Assembly (NCBI GenBank): GCA_002839855.1
Contig: PGYV01000009.1
Span: forward strand, 7,220-71,219
Length of the DNA stretch: 64,000 nt
Origin: Candidatus Goldiibacteriota bacterium HGW-Goldbacteria-1
GTDB lineage: Bacteria > Oederibacteriota > PGYV01
Direction of reading: 5' to 3'
Positions 49,769-58,672 of this stretch are shown piece after piece (position 1 is the first letter of the stretch; each line of letters begins with the position of its first letter). A program made the position numbers and the translations under genes. The notes beneath the pieces were generated by a model that worked only from the letters and a program-made list of their open reading frames with translations, searched no databases and had not been told where the DNA came from.

Positions 49769-50721
49769 TTACGTTTAAACCTTATAAAACCGGAGCTGTC
49801 CACCACATTAAGCTTTCCGCATTTCTTTTCTATAGCATCCAGCACAATGTTCATTCCAACCACGTCAGAAGAAATATGCCCGGCTATGACAACGTTCAAA
49901 TTTGCTTTTTCAAGTTCTTTCTTGTGGTCAGCCGAAAAATGCATGCCCACTATTGTGTCCACGCCCGCGGCCGCTATTTTTTCATAAATTTCCTTGGGGC
50001 CTTCCGTGCCGCCTGTCATATCCACCATTACTTTCTTAACAGAGCGGTCCTTATTGCCTACAAGTATTTCCGGGCCGTTGCCCCTTTTCGCGTATTCCTT
50101 ATATTCAGGTTCTTCCATCAGCATGTCTATAATATCGGATACTTTTTTTGGTTTTTCGGAATCAAACCTTTTCTGCAGGTACTTTACAACGCTATTATCA
50201 GCCGGCGTGTGCATGTTCATCATGGATATATTCAGGAGCTTTGCCGCGTCCTGTACCCTGTAATGGTTGCCGGCGCTTACGCGCTCTCCCACTTCTTTTT
50301 TTCTTTTATCAAGCAGCGCTTCAGAGGCGGCTATGTTTACCCCGAAACTGTTAAAGATATCCGCCTGCATGGACATTACCTCATAAAAGTTCACCATGGC
50401 GCACCCTTCGGGGTGGTGGGCGATAACCGCGTCTATCTTCATCCCTTTTTCATTAAGCCTGTCCATTAAAAGCAGTTCGGGAACTTCCATATCTATTCCC
50501 ACAAGCACGGTCTTTATATTGTTGCCCGCGTCGTGAAGTATCCTGGAATCGGCGTAAGGGTTATACAGTTTTTGCGTATCATAGTATTTTTTACGGTCAG
50601 GGCTTAAGCCGGAATATTTTTTTGAAGTTTCTTTTAATATCGCATTTACAGCTGCAGCGCCGCGTGGGTCATTGTTTATCCCTGTTTCCACAGCTGCTTT
50701 ATATATTTCGGTAAGTTTCAT
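49765..50721 (-). CDS. NIF3 family protein
   Basis: AHHPEG, HTPADN, AGHISSD. Confidence 0.88.
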   Translation of the reverse strand: MKLTEIYKAAVETGINNDPRGAAAVNAILKETSKKYSGLSPDRKKYYDTQKLYNPYADSRILHDAGNNIKTVLVGIDMEVPELLLMDRLNEKGMKIDAVIAHHPEGCAMVNFYEVMSMQADIFNSFGVNIAASEALLDKRKKEVGERVSAGNHYRVQDAAKLLNISMMNMHTPADNSVVKYLQKRFDSEKPKKVSDIIDMLMEEPEYKEYAKRGNGPEILVGNKDRSVKKVMVDMTGGTEGPKEIYEKIAAAGVDTIVGMHFSADHKKELEKANLNVVIAGHISSDVVGMNIVLDAIEKKCGKLNVVDSSGFIRFKRK

Positions 50722-50734
50722 AGGTCCCTCCGCG

Positions 50735-51343
50735 TCATGGTTTTGAAACGTAACTGTTTCCCTTTATGTAAAATCTCCACTTTAAATTCAGCCCGGTCTT
50801 TATGCCTATTCTGCTTTTGGCTGCAACGCTGAACTTTTCTTTTGGCCCGTCGCATACATATATTTCATTTTTCATCAAATCCGCTTTATTCTGTTCTTTT
50901 CCTATTGCCATTGCCTGCGTAAACTTTGCCGGCCCGTTGGTAAGATTTATGCCTTCGGCATTTCTGTTCTTCTTCATTTCTTTTATTCCGCTTACAGGTT
51001 CTACCGCCCTGATAAGGACAGCTGCCGCAATACCTTCAGGCTCCGTGACTATGTTAAAAAGGTGGTGATTTCCGTAACAGAAGTAAACGTAAGCCCGCCC
51101 CGGTGGACCAAACATAACTTCGTTTCTTGGCGTTCTTTTTTTAAACGCGTGGCTTCCGGGATCTTTTTTCCCCCTGTACGCTTCGGTTTCAACTATTTTC
51201 GCGGCCATAATAACCGCTCCCTGTCTGCGCACCAGATATTTTCCAAGAAGCGCTTTGGCTGCGCTTACAGAATTCTGAAGATAAAAACCGGCTTTAATTT
51301 TTCTTAACTTCAATTTATTTAAGAAACTCTTTGACAATAACAC
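50735..51343 (-). CDS. mpg: DNA-3-methyladenine glycosylase (Mpg/AAG)
   Basis: IVETEAY, YVYFCYG, AVLIRAVEP, NGPAK, RIGI. Confidence 0.93.
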   Translation of the reverse strand: MLLSKSFLNKLKLRKIKAGFYLQNSVSAAKALLGKYLVRRQGAVIMAAKIVETEAYRGKKDPGSHAFKKRTPRNEVMFGPPGRAYVYFCYGNHHLFNIVTEPEGIAAAVLIRAVEPVSGIKEMKKNRNAEGINLTNGPAKFTQAMAIGKEQNKADLMKNEIYVCDGPKEKFSVAAKSRIGIKTGLNLKWRFYIKGNSYVSKP

Positions 51344-51758
51344 CTATTTTAGTGCCGTCTGCCCTGCCTTTTACCTTTGGCATTACGGCGCCCATTACTT
51401 TTCCCATTTCCTTGGCTGACTGCGCGTTTACCGCGGTAATTGTCTCTTTGACAATTTCCCTTAATTCATCATCGGTAAGCTGCTTGGGAAGGTATCCCAT
51501 TATGATTTCAAGTTCCTGTTTTTCTTTTTCCGCCAGTTCCGGCCTGTTGCCTTTTGTGAAGCTTTCAATGGATTCGTTGTGGGCTTTGGATAAAGAAAAG
51601 ATGACGGAGACGATATCGTCATCCGTCATCTCTTTTTTTAACTTTATCTCTGCGTTCATGACAGCGGTCTTTATCTGCCTTATTACGGCAGTTTTAGTTT
51701 CGTCTTTCGCTTTCATGGACGCTTTTAAATCTTCTGACAGTTTTTCGTTTAAGCTCAT
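51315..51758 (-). CDS. GatB/YqeY domain protein
   Basis: LKASMKAKD, YLPKQL, MGKVMG, GRADG. Confidence 0.93.
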   Translation of the reverse strand: MSLNEKLSEDLKASMKAKDETKTAVIRQIKTAVMNAEIKLKKEMTDDDIVSVIFSLSKAHNESIESFTKGNRPELAEKEKQELEIIMGYLPKQLTDDELREIVKETITAVNAQSAKEMGKVMGAVMPKVKGRADGTKIGVIVKEFLK

Positions 51759-51949
51759 TTCTTTATGGGCCTTTTTTTCTTGCGTTTTTTGCTGGCAGCC
51801 CACATTTTCTGTTTCTTTCTTACTGACGGCGGTTCGTAATACTCCCTTTTCTTCATTTCCTGAAGAATACCGGCGTCCTGCACTTTTTTCTTAAAGCGCT
51901 TCATTGCGTCGTCTAAGCTTTCATTTTCCTTTATTGAAATCTCAGCCAT
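51755..51949 (-). CDS. rpsU: 30S ribosomal protein S21
   Basis: ESLDDAMKRFKK...REYYEPPS; SD GGAGGG. Confidence 0.95.
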   Translation of the reverse strand: MAEISIKENESLDDAMKRFKKKVQDAGILQEMKKREYYEPPSVRKKQKMWAASKKRKKKRPIKK

Positions 51950-52052
51950 GTAAAATAATCCCTCCAAACTGTTCTGGAATAAAATTTTTCCCTGTATTTA
52001 CAGCAATTAACATAAATACAAAGTCAAAAAAAAGCAAAAATTGCTTTGAACA

Positions 52053-52081
52053 ATTATACAGATTATGCGACGGAAAGTCAA
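52053..52081 (-). promoter_or_regulatory. sigma70 promoter of the rpsU-dnaG-rpoD operon
   Basis: TTGACT-17-TATAAT on minus. Confidence 0.7.
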
Positions 52082-52235
52082 TAAATAGATAAAGCCCATA
52101 CATAAGCCCATAGATAATAAGCCATATCCCATAAATAATGATTAAATGCCTATTTTGGGATTATTTAATAGATAAATAATGCCTTTTCATCTAACTACAC
52201 GGCATGTATTGCGCCTTATTCTTATGTTCAGCCTT

Positions 52236-52408
52236 GGTAGACGCGGGTCTTCAGCCCGCGGTAGTTTGTTTTGGATTTAAGTACTGGTAGGCGCGCCTTT
52301 TAAGGCGCGGCAGTTGCTTTAAAAATTATTAAAAAAACGCGCGGGCTAAAGACCCGCGTCTACCAAACCACTCTCACGAGCTGCTTCTTTTACCCGATTT
52401 TGCTTATC
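52236..52408. repeat. REP cluster A-B-A' (BIME-like)
   Basis: GGTAGACGCGGGTCTTCAGCCCGCGG 52236-52261; GGTAGGCGCGCCTTTTAAGGCGCGGCAGTTG 52286-52316; inverted A 52340-52364. Confidence 0.85.
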
Positions 52409-52453
52409 AAATTATGAAACTGTATTTGTTTGTATTATAAAAACCGGCGTATT

Positions 52454-52753
52454 TTATATCAATTTTAGAACAAGGCGTTTATTAACGCCATGGGCTATTT
52501 TTGAGAGCGTGGCAACTTCCGCGTTTTCCCCATTGTCAAAAACCCGCGATACCACCTGTGGTTTTAAACCCGCCTTTTTTGCCAGAGCGTATTTGGTCAT
52601 ATGTTTTTTATCAAGTTCTTTTTCAACGCTTGATAAAAAATCACACAAAGCCAATTCATCTTTAAATTCGCTCTGCGAAACATTAATATTATCAAAAAAA
52701 TTCTTAACATTTTCTTTCTTTGCGGTTGTAACCTGTTTTTTTGTAAGTTTCAT
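52454..52753 (-). CDS. XRE/HTH antitoxin (HigA-like)
   Basis: TKYALAKKAGLKPQVVSR...TLSKIAHG. Confidence 0.85.
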   Translation of the reverse strand: MKLTKKQVTTAKKENVKNFFDNINVSQSEFKDELALCDFLSSVEKELDKKHMTKYALAKKAGLKPQVVSRVFDNGENAEVATLSKIAHGVNKRLVLKLI

Positions 52754-52754
52754 A

Positions 52755-53093
52755 TCATTTTCTCCCTTCTCTTGCTATTCTTATTTTTTCTGCCGTTTCA
52801 TACTCTCTTTGGTTTGTCTTTTTGTTTCCGCGTTCATAAAAAGTATGTATTATCTGCGCAGACTTGCCTTTCCAATAAAACAACATCCTGAATTCAATAT
52901 TGTGAAAATGCGGCCTTAATTCAAATAAGCCCTTGTATCCTTCCACCTTGTCCATATATTGCGAAGGAAGATTAAAACCGCGCAATTCAAGCAGCTCAAT
53001 ATATACTTTAATCTTCTTTTTAAGCCCTTCTTCTTTTATTTCCTGTACCGCTTCTAAAACCGCTTCGGTCATGTCATAAGAAAACAGATTCAT
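52755..53093 (-). CDS. RelE/ParE (Gp49/HigB-like) toxin
   Basis: LFELR...FRMLFY...IIHTF; SD AAGGAG before ATG at 53093; toxin-first order. Confidence 0.85.
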   Translation of the reverse strand: MNLFSYDMTEAVLEAVQEIKEEGLKKKIKVYIELLELRGFNLPSQYMDKVEGYKGLFELRPHFHNIEFRMLFYWKGKSAQIIHTFYERGNKKTNQREYETAEKIRIAREGRK

Positions 53094-53108
53094 GTTAACT
53101 CCTTTCAA

Positions 53109-53137
53109 AGTATACAATTTAAATTGTATAGTGTCAA
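53109..53137 (-). promoter_or_regulatory. TA promoter with palindromic operator
   Basis: TTGACA-17-TATACT; perfect palindrome TATACAATTTAAATTGTATA 53111-53130. Confidence 0.75.
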
Positions 53138-53205
53138 GTTATTATGATTTAAAGCGTGATTTTTTACCAAACCCTCCCACAGGGCATTGCATAAATCTAA
53201 AACCA

Positions 53206-53345
53206 CGCGCCCTAAAAGGACGCGGCTACCAAATCTTACATTTAAATTCACTTCCGTGGGCTGAAGACCCGCGTGTACCAAACCACTCTCTTTAACTGCC
53301 GAGCTGATTCTTTTACCCGCTTCTGCTTATCTGCTTATTGCTTAA
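53206..53345. repeat. REP pair (B', A') plus tail repeated from 52340-52408
   Basis: CGCGCCCTAAAAGGACGCGGCTACC; CCGTGGGCTGAAGACCCGCGTGTACCAAACCACTCTC...CTTTTACCCG...TGCTTATC. Confidence 0.8.
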
Positions 53346-53421
53346 CCCTCTATTCTTTTCATTCCCCGGCACCGACATCAGAACTCCATTATCTTTATAT
53401 AACAACATCATAAATAATTAA

Positions 53422-54360
53422 TTAAAATAAAAATTTAATGCTATTATTCTCTCTGTTCTTCATCATTTTCCTTCCTATATCCATCCATACAGATGTATCC
53501 TCTTTATTAAAAAATACAAAATCATTTATAATAGAAGTTATTAATTTGTTTAACCATGAAACAAGCTGTTTTTTTCTTAAACGAAACATTCTTCCAGTTC
53601 TTAAAAAATCATAATTCTTTTTATATTCCTGGTATACATTCCAACTAAGCCATTTATTATTATCACTTGAACCAACCGGAAATTTTCCAAGCTTCGATTT
53701 GATTATTATCATACCCAGCCTCTTACTTTCTTCGTCAAACTCAATTTTTAATATTCTCGATTGATTGTTGGTAAAATATATCTCAAAATTAAAGTATTTT
53801 TTTTGCTTATATAAGTAACTGTAAGAATTATTTTTTAAAAACACATTCATTTCTTTTAAACAGATACTGACAAATTCATTAAAACCAACAAAAGGATTTT
53901 TCTTGTTGTTAATTTGCAGGCGTATCATCAAACGCTTAGATATATTGACACCATCAAAAGAACCTTCTTCAATAGCATTCTTCAATATTTTTCTATTTTC
54001 AATAAATTTAATTATATTTGTATTTGTATTTTTTATACATTCTTTAATTAAAATAAAATTATTATTATCGTATTTTAAAATTAACTCATTAATTAATTCC
54101 CTGTATTCGAAATATTTACCAACATCCTCCCCTATTTGAAACCAAATATCAAATTTTTTAACGCCGATAGCAGTTCTCTTAATGTCTTTTAAACAATTAA
54201 TTCCTATCTTTATACTTGCAGAACCATCTTTTTTTGATACATTTAGAAAAAAAACAATCACACCAGAGGGTAAATATTTAATAAACTTATTTCGATTTTG
54301 CTTATAACCCAATTTTTCAAAAATTAAGTATAATTTTTTAATAAACAGATTATTATCCAT
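53422..54360 (-). CDS. very AT-rich hypothetical protein
   Basis: Long open frame despite extreme AT content; GGGAG upstream of ATG at 54360. Confidence 0.65.
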   Translation of the reverse strand: MDNNLFIKKLYLIFEKLGYKQNRNKFIKYLPSGVIVFFLNVSKKDGSASIKIGINCLKDIKRTAIGVKKFDIWFQIGEDVGKYFEYRELINELILKYDNNNFILIKECIKNTNTNIIKFIENRKILKNAIEEGSFDGVNISKRLMIRLQINNKKNPFVGFNEFVSICLKEMNVFLKNNSYSYLYKQKKYFNFEIYFTNNQSRILKIEFDEESKRLGMIIIKSKLGKFPVGSSDNNKWLSWNVYQEYKKNYDFLRTGRMFRLRKKQLVSWLNKLITSIINDFVFFNKEDTSVWMDIGRKMMKNRENNSIKFLF

Positions 54361-54461
54361 AGTGTTTTTTATTCTCCCGTTCAGATACAAAATATCTCCC
54401 TTAAACAAACGTTAAATTTCCACTACATTTATATATTAAATCAAATAACAAAACCGCAAGG

Positions 54462-55835
54462 TTAATATATAAACGACGCTTTTTCTACCTTTTCTATATG
54501 CGGGTAGGAGGAGTATGTGGCCATGACCCTTATATTGGTGTTATAGGTCATTCCCGGCAGAAATAACGGCACATATTCCAGCGGTATTTCCCATGAAATT
54601 GAATTTTCGCCCTGTTCCAGTTGTATGTTTTTGCATACAGTGACTTTCTTGTCCTTATCCAGTTCTATTTCCATTGTCACAAAACTCTTTTCCGTCAGGA
54701 AAAAATCAAACTGCATGGCGTTCACCGGCGGCACCGCCTGTATCCTGCCCACGCGGAAATTTGTCACATCGCTTCCTATCCAGAAATACTGCGCCGATTC
54801 TTTATCTGATACTATTACCTGCCCATAATGCCTGTATATGGAAATTCCGGTTGGTTTTTCAAATTTATAGTCATCCGTGCCGTAGGAGCCGTAAGAGGTA
54901 ATATACGCAAGGTCAGGCGAGAATTTATGTATCTGGGAATTAAAATAATCCACAAGGTAAATATTGCCGTAATAATCATAATCAAGGGTGGTTAAAACCA
55001 CTTTTCTTCCCAGCTTTTCGTCCACCCTTACGCCGCGGACAATATTCCCGTTTAAATCAAATTTCTGCAGCCTGTTAAAATTTCCGTCTATCACATACAT
55101 ATAATTCTGTTTGTATCCCAGATATCGCTGTCCGTCGTCAATAACGCAGATGCCGCGCGGGTTGGAAATGCCTTTTGTCTGGTCAATTGAATATAAATAT
55201 CCGCCGGACTTGGAAAAAACCTGTATTCTGTTATTGCCGTTATCCGACACATACAGTTTTCCGCCGGAATCAAGCTTTACATATAACGGCCTGTTGAATT
55301 CCCCGTCGCCGCTTCCCCCTTTTCCTATATTTCTTATAAACCTAAGTTTTCCATCTTTATAAAACAGCCTTACTATCCTGTTATTGCCGGTATCGGCCAC
55401 ATAAACGTCGCCGTATTCATTACACGAAATGCCCGTAGGCCTGTTGAATTCGCCGTCGCCCGTGCCCACGTTTCCATACACGGCAAGACCGCTCATTGAT
55501 ACATTATAAATTATTTCCCCGCGCCCTGAATTAACACCAAATGCCGTAAGCTGCCAGTCGTCCTTGCCGGGGTTTATTCCGCCGTAATCTGAAAGCATCT
55601 TTGTGGTCGCCACATCCTGCGGGTCTGAAAAATATGTTTTGTTGCCCAGAAAAACTTTAAGCCAGAAAGCCGTGCCGCGGTGCACCCCAAACGGGGTGTG
55701 CCAGAAACTTGGATAGACAAGCGTGGACGGCACATTTGTAAGGGTTACAAGTTCATCTTCTTTTTTACTCTCCGCGAAAGAAAAAGATGAAAGTAATAAT
55801 ATGAATGCTGTAAGGAGCACAAACTTTTTTTTCAT
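54462..55835 (-). CDS. secreted NHL-repeat beta-propeller with FlgD-like Ig C-terminus
   Basis: GDGEFNRP..VYVADTGNNRI repeats; signal peptide; GENSISW. Confidence 0.88.
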   Translation of the reverse strand: MKKKFVLLTAFILLLSSFSFAESKKEDELVTLTNVPSTLVYPSFWHTPFGVHRGTAFWLKVFLGNKTYFSDPQDVATTKMLSDYGGINPGKDDWQLTAFGVNSGRGEIIYNVSMSGLAVYGNVGTGDGEFNRPTGISCNEYGDVYVADTGNNRIVRLFYKDGKLRFIRNIGKGGSGDGEFNRPLYVKLDSGGKLYVSDNGNNRIQVFSKSGGYLYSIDQTKGISNPRGICVIDDGQRYLGYKQNYMYVIDGNFNRLQKFDLNGNIVRGVRVDEKLGRKVVLTTLDYDYYGNIYLVDYFNSQIHKFSPDLAYITSYGSYGTDDYKFEKPTGISIYRHYGQVIVSDKESAQYFWIGSDVTNFRVGRIQAVPPVNAMQFDFFLTEKSFVTMEIELDKDKKVTVCKNIQLEQGENSISWEIPLEYVPLFLPGMTYNTNIRVMATYSSYPHIEKVEKASFIY

Positions 55836-55854
55836 CTTTTATCCTTATACTTTT

Positions 55855-56619
55855 TTAAAAACGGTACTTAACAGTCATATAATCCATTCCATACCCGCTT
55901 TCAACGGATAGTTCCGCCTTCAGCCTGTCGTGCAGTTCATCCACCACAAAAGCGGAAAATATGCCAAGCGCGGCGCCTGCAAACACATCAGACACCCAGT
56001 GCTTATCTTTATAGACGCGCGCCGCAGCCACTGTGATGGCGGCGGGGTAAGTGATAAAATACAGCCAGCGGTTGTAATGTTCCGGTATCATTGTCGCCCA
56101 CATAAAAGCGGTGGACGTGTGCCCCGACGGAAATGACATGTCCGAAAATGACACGTGCCAAAAGCTGAACTGATTATCTGTCTGCGAAGGCCTTTGCCTT
56201 CCTGTAACTGTTTTTACAACGTATCCGGTAAGCCCGGATAAGGCAAGCCCTTCAAGCAGTTTGGCGCCGAATTCTTTTTCACGCGGGCTGTCCAGCGCGT
56301 AAAACACCGCCGCGCCTGCCATTACAACCATTCCATCCCCTGCATAGTTGGCTATATCAAATATTGTGTCTTTTGTTTTGTCGTGATATTTGCTTATCCC
56401 ATTACTTAACCATAAATCATTATTTATAAGCAGCGCGGTTGCCCCCGCAATACCGCCAAGAATTAAAGTTGTTTTTAACGGGTTTTCAATTATTGCCCCG
56501 CCCATGGCAGGGTAATCTTTAAATATAATATGTTCCAATACCGGCTCCGGCTGTTCTGCCGCGTAACAAAACGCGATTGCCGTAAGGATAAGCGATATGA
56601 TAAATATAATCCTTTTCAT
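55855..56619 (-). CDS. PAP2 family phosphatase
   Basis: KTVTGRQRP, SFPSGH, ARVYKDKHWVSDV. Confidence 0.92.
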   Translation of the reverse strand: MKRIIFIISLILTAIAFCYAAEQPEPVLEHIIFKDYPAMGGAIIENPLKTTLILGGIAGATALLINNDLWLSNGISKYHDKTKDTIFDIANYAGDGMVVMAGAAVFYALDSPREKEFGAKLLEGLALSGLTGYVVKTVTGRQRPSQTDNQFSFWHVSFSDMSFPSGHTSTAFMWATMIPEHYNRWLYFITYPAAITVAAARVYKDKHWVSDVFAGAALGIFSAFVVDELHDRLKAELSVESGYGMDYMTVKYRF

Positions 56620-56652
56620 CCTGCCTCCGCTTATTATTAAAACTGCCTGTTT

Positions 56653-57249
56653 CTATTTGTACAGCTGATTTTTATTGATGTATTCCCACACCGCAGCGCC
56701 CACTTCTTCGCGGATATTATTGCCGTACTTTATGCGCGTCCTTAATTCTGACGCTGACAGGTCAATTAAGTGCGGGTTTGCCCAAAACATATCCGCGGCT
56801 TCGGGGTGTTTTTTTATGACTTTTTCCCTGGAAAAATCCGTGCGTTCAAATATTATGAATTTTATAAGCTTAAGAAGTTCTTTATAATCTTTCCATGTTT
56901 CAATAAAATAAAACGCGTCTGACCCTGTGATAAAATAAAATTCCTTGCCCGGAAATTCCGTCATAAAATATTTTATGGTATTGATTGAATAAGATATCCC
57001 CTGCTTTTTAATTTCATATTCCGACAGGATAAAATCCGGGTCGCCGGATATTAAAAGCTGCGTCATTTTTTCCCTGTGCCCGGAATCTATTATTCCCGCG
57101 TGGTCCTTGTGCGGCGGAAGGTATGAAGGCACAAAAAATATTTTGTCCAGCCCGAATTGTTTTTTTACATCCTTTGCCAGCAGGTAATGCCCGACGTGAG
57201 GGGGGTTAAACGTACCGCCGAAAATCCCCACCTTTTTTGCTTTATCCAC
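56653..57249 (-). CDS. nadD: nicotinate-nucleotide adenylyltransferase
   Basis: GGTFNPPHVGH, GSD, SASELR. Confidence 0.95.
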   Translation of the reverse strand: MDKAKKVGIFGGTFNPPHVGHYLLAKDVKKQFGLDKIFFVPSYLPPHKDHAGIIDSGHREKMTQLLISGDPDFILSEYEIKKQGISYSINTIKYFMTEFPGKEFYFITGSDAFYFIETWKDYKELLKLIKFIIFERTDFSREKVIKKHPEAADMFWANPHLIDLSASELRTRIKYGNNIREEVGAAVWEYINKNQLYK

Positions 57250-58498
57250 GTATCTGCCCGCTGCCCGTAATTATGTATTTTTCAGACGTAAGCCCCAAAA
57301 GCGCCAAAGGCCCCCTGACGTGCAGTTTCTGGTTGGAAATGCCCATTTCCGCGCCAAGGCCAAATTCGTTGCCGTCCGTGAACCTTGTGGAAGCGTTTAC
57401 ATAAACCGCGGCTGAATCCACTTCATTTAAAAAACGTGATGAAGCTGTTTTATCCTGCGTTATTATCGCGTCGGAATGGTGAGAGCTGTATGTGTTGATG
57501 TGCTCTATTGCTTCATCAAGGTTGTCCACTATTTTAATAGAAAGTATTAAATCATTATATTCGGTTATCCAGTCCTGCTCTGTGGCTTCTTTTATATTTT
57601 TAAGTATGGTTCTTGTCCTGTCATCGCCTCGAAGTTCTACTTTTACCTTTGCATATTCCGCAGCCATTACAGGCAGAAACTTATCCGCTATCTTTGAATT
57701 AACAAGCAATGTTTCCATTGCGTTGCATGTGCTTGGCCTTTGCACCTTGGCGTTAAAACAAACCTTTACCGCCATGTCCATGTCAGTTGATGAGTCCACA
57801 TACGTATGGCATATGCCCGCGTCGTGCCTTATAACGGGGATAAGGGAGTTTTCTTCTATAAATTTAATAAGCCCGTAACCGCCGCGGGGGATTATGACAT
57901 CCACGTACTCTTTCATCTTTACAAGGTGGGCGGCAGCTTCCCTGCTTGTGGATTCTATGACTTCAACAGCGCCTTCAGGAAGGCCGGCATTTTTAATACC
58001 TTCTTTAATTATTCCGGTAAGGCAGATGTTTGAATTAATAGCGTCAGAACCGCCTTTTAGAATAACCGCGTTTCCGGATTTTAAAGTTAAAGACGCCGCT
58101 TCCACGCAGACATTGGGGCGGGATTCAAAAATAATCCCTATTACGCCAAGGGGCATTCTTATTTTTTGTATCTTTAAACCGTTGGGCCTTATTTCAGTGT
58201 GCGTTATTTCGCCGACAGGGTCTGGTAATTGTATTACGTCTTTTAATGCCTTTATCATTTCATCTATTCTTTTATCGTTTAAAGCAAGCCTGTCAAGAAA
58301 CGCTTCTGACAGCCCTTTTGTTTTGCCGTTGGCCAAATCAATATTATTCTGCTCTTTAATAGCAGCGCGATTTTTATCCAGCCCTTCAGCGATAAGTGAA
58401 AGCGCGCGGTTTTTGTCAGCTGTGCTGAATTTTACAAGTTCTCTGGAAGCTTTTTTGACGCTTTTACATTTTAAAAGCACCGCTTCTTTTTCATCCAC
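57242..58498 (-). CDS. proA: glutamate-5-semialdehyde dehydrogenase
   Basis: ESRPNV, CNAMET, NASTRFTDG, KLHVRGP; GTG start after SD AGGGG. Confidence 0.96.
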   Translation of the reverse strand: MDEKEAVLLKCKSVKKASRELVKFSTADKNRALSLIAEGLDKNRAAIKEQNNIDLANGKTKGLSEAFLDRLALNDKRIDEMIKALKDVIQLPDPVGEITHTEIRPNGLKIQKIRMPLGVIGIIFESRPNVCVEAASLTLKSGNAVILKGGSDAINSNICLTGIIKEGIKNAGLPEGAVEVIESTSREAAAHLVKMKEYVDVIIPRGGYGLIKFIEENSLIPVIRHDAGICHTYVDSSTDMDMAVKVCFNAKVQRPSTCNAMETLLVNSKIADKFLPVMAAEYAKVKVELRGDDRTRTILKNIKEATEQDWITEYNDLILSIKIVDNLDEAIEHINTYSSHHSDAIITQDKTASSRFLNEVDSAAVYVNASTRFTDGNEFGLGAEMGISNQKLHVRGPLALLGLTSEKYIITGSGQIRG

Positions 58499-58549
58499 TG
58501 TTAAACCCCTTTTTTTTATCAAACCACTATTTGTTCTGTACTTGCTCTC

Positions 58550-58656
58550 GTAGGGACAGCGCTCCCGCGCTGTCCGGTTCTTGTTCTTTTGTAAATTCAA
58601 CTACGCGGACAGCGTGAATGCCATGGCAACGCCCGCATTCAAGCAGCTGTCCCTAC
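58550..58656. repeat. REP doublet, family D (GTAGGGACAGC...)
   Basis: GTAGGGACAGCGCTCCCGCGCTGTCCG and inverted CGGACAGC...GCTGTCCCTAC with an internal insert. Confidence 0.75.
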
Positions 58657-58672
58657 AAAATCTAATGTTTAC

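Noticed and set aside
52236..53345. Possible CRISPR array
   Set aside because: Repeats vary in orientation and spacing, start with GTAG (REP-like), and there are no cas genes.
58499..58600. N-terminal extension of ProA in the ORF track
   Set aside because: It runs through a REP doublet; the SD supports the GTG at 58498.
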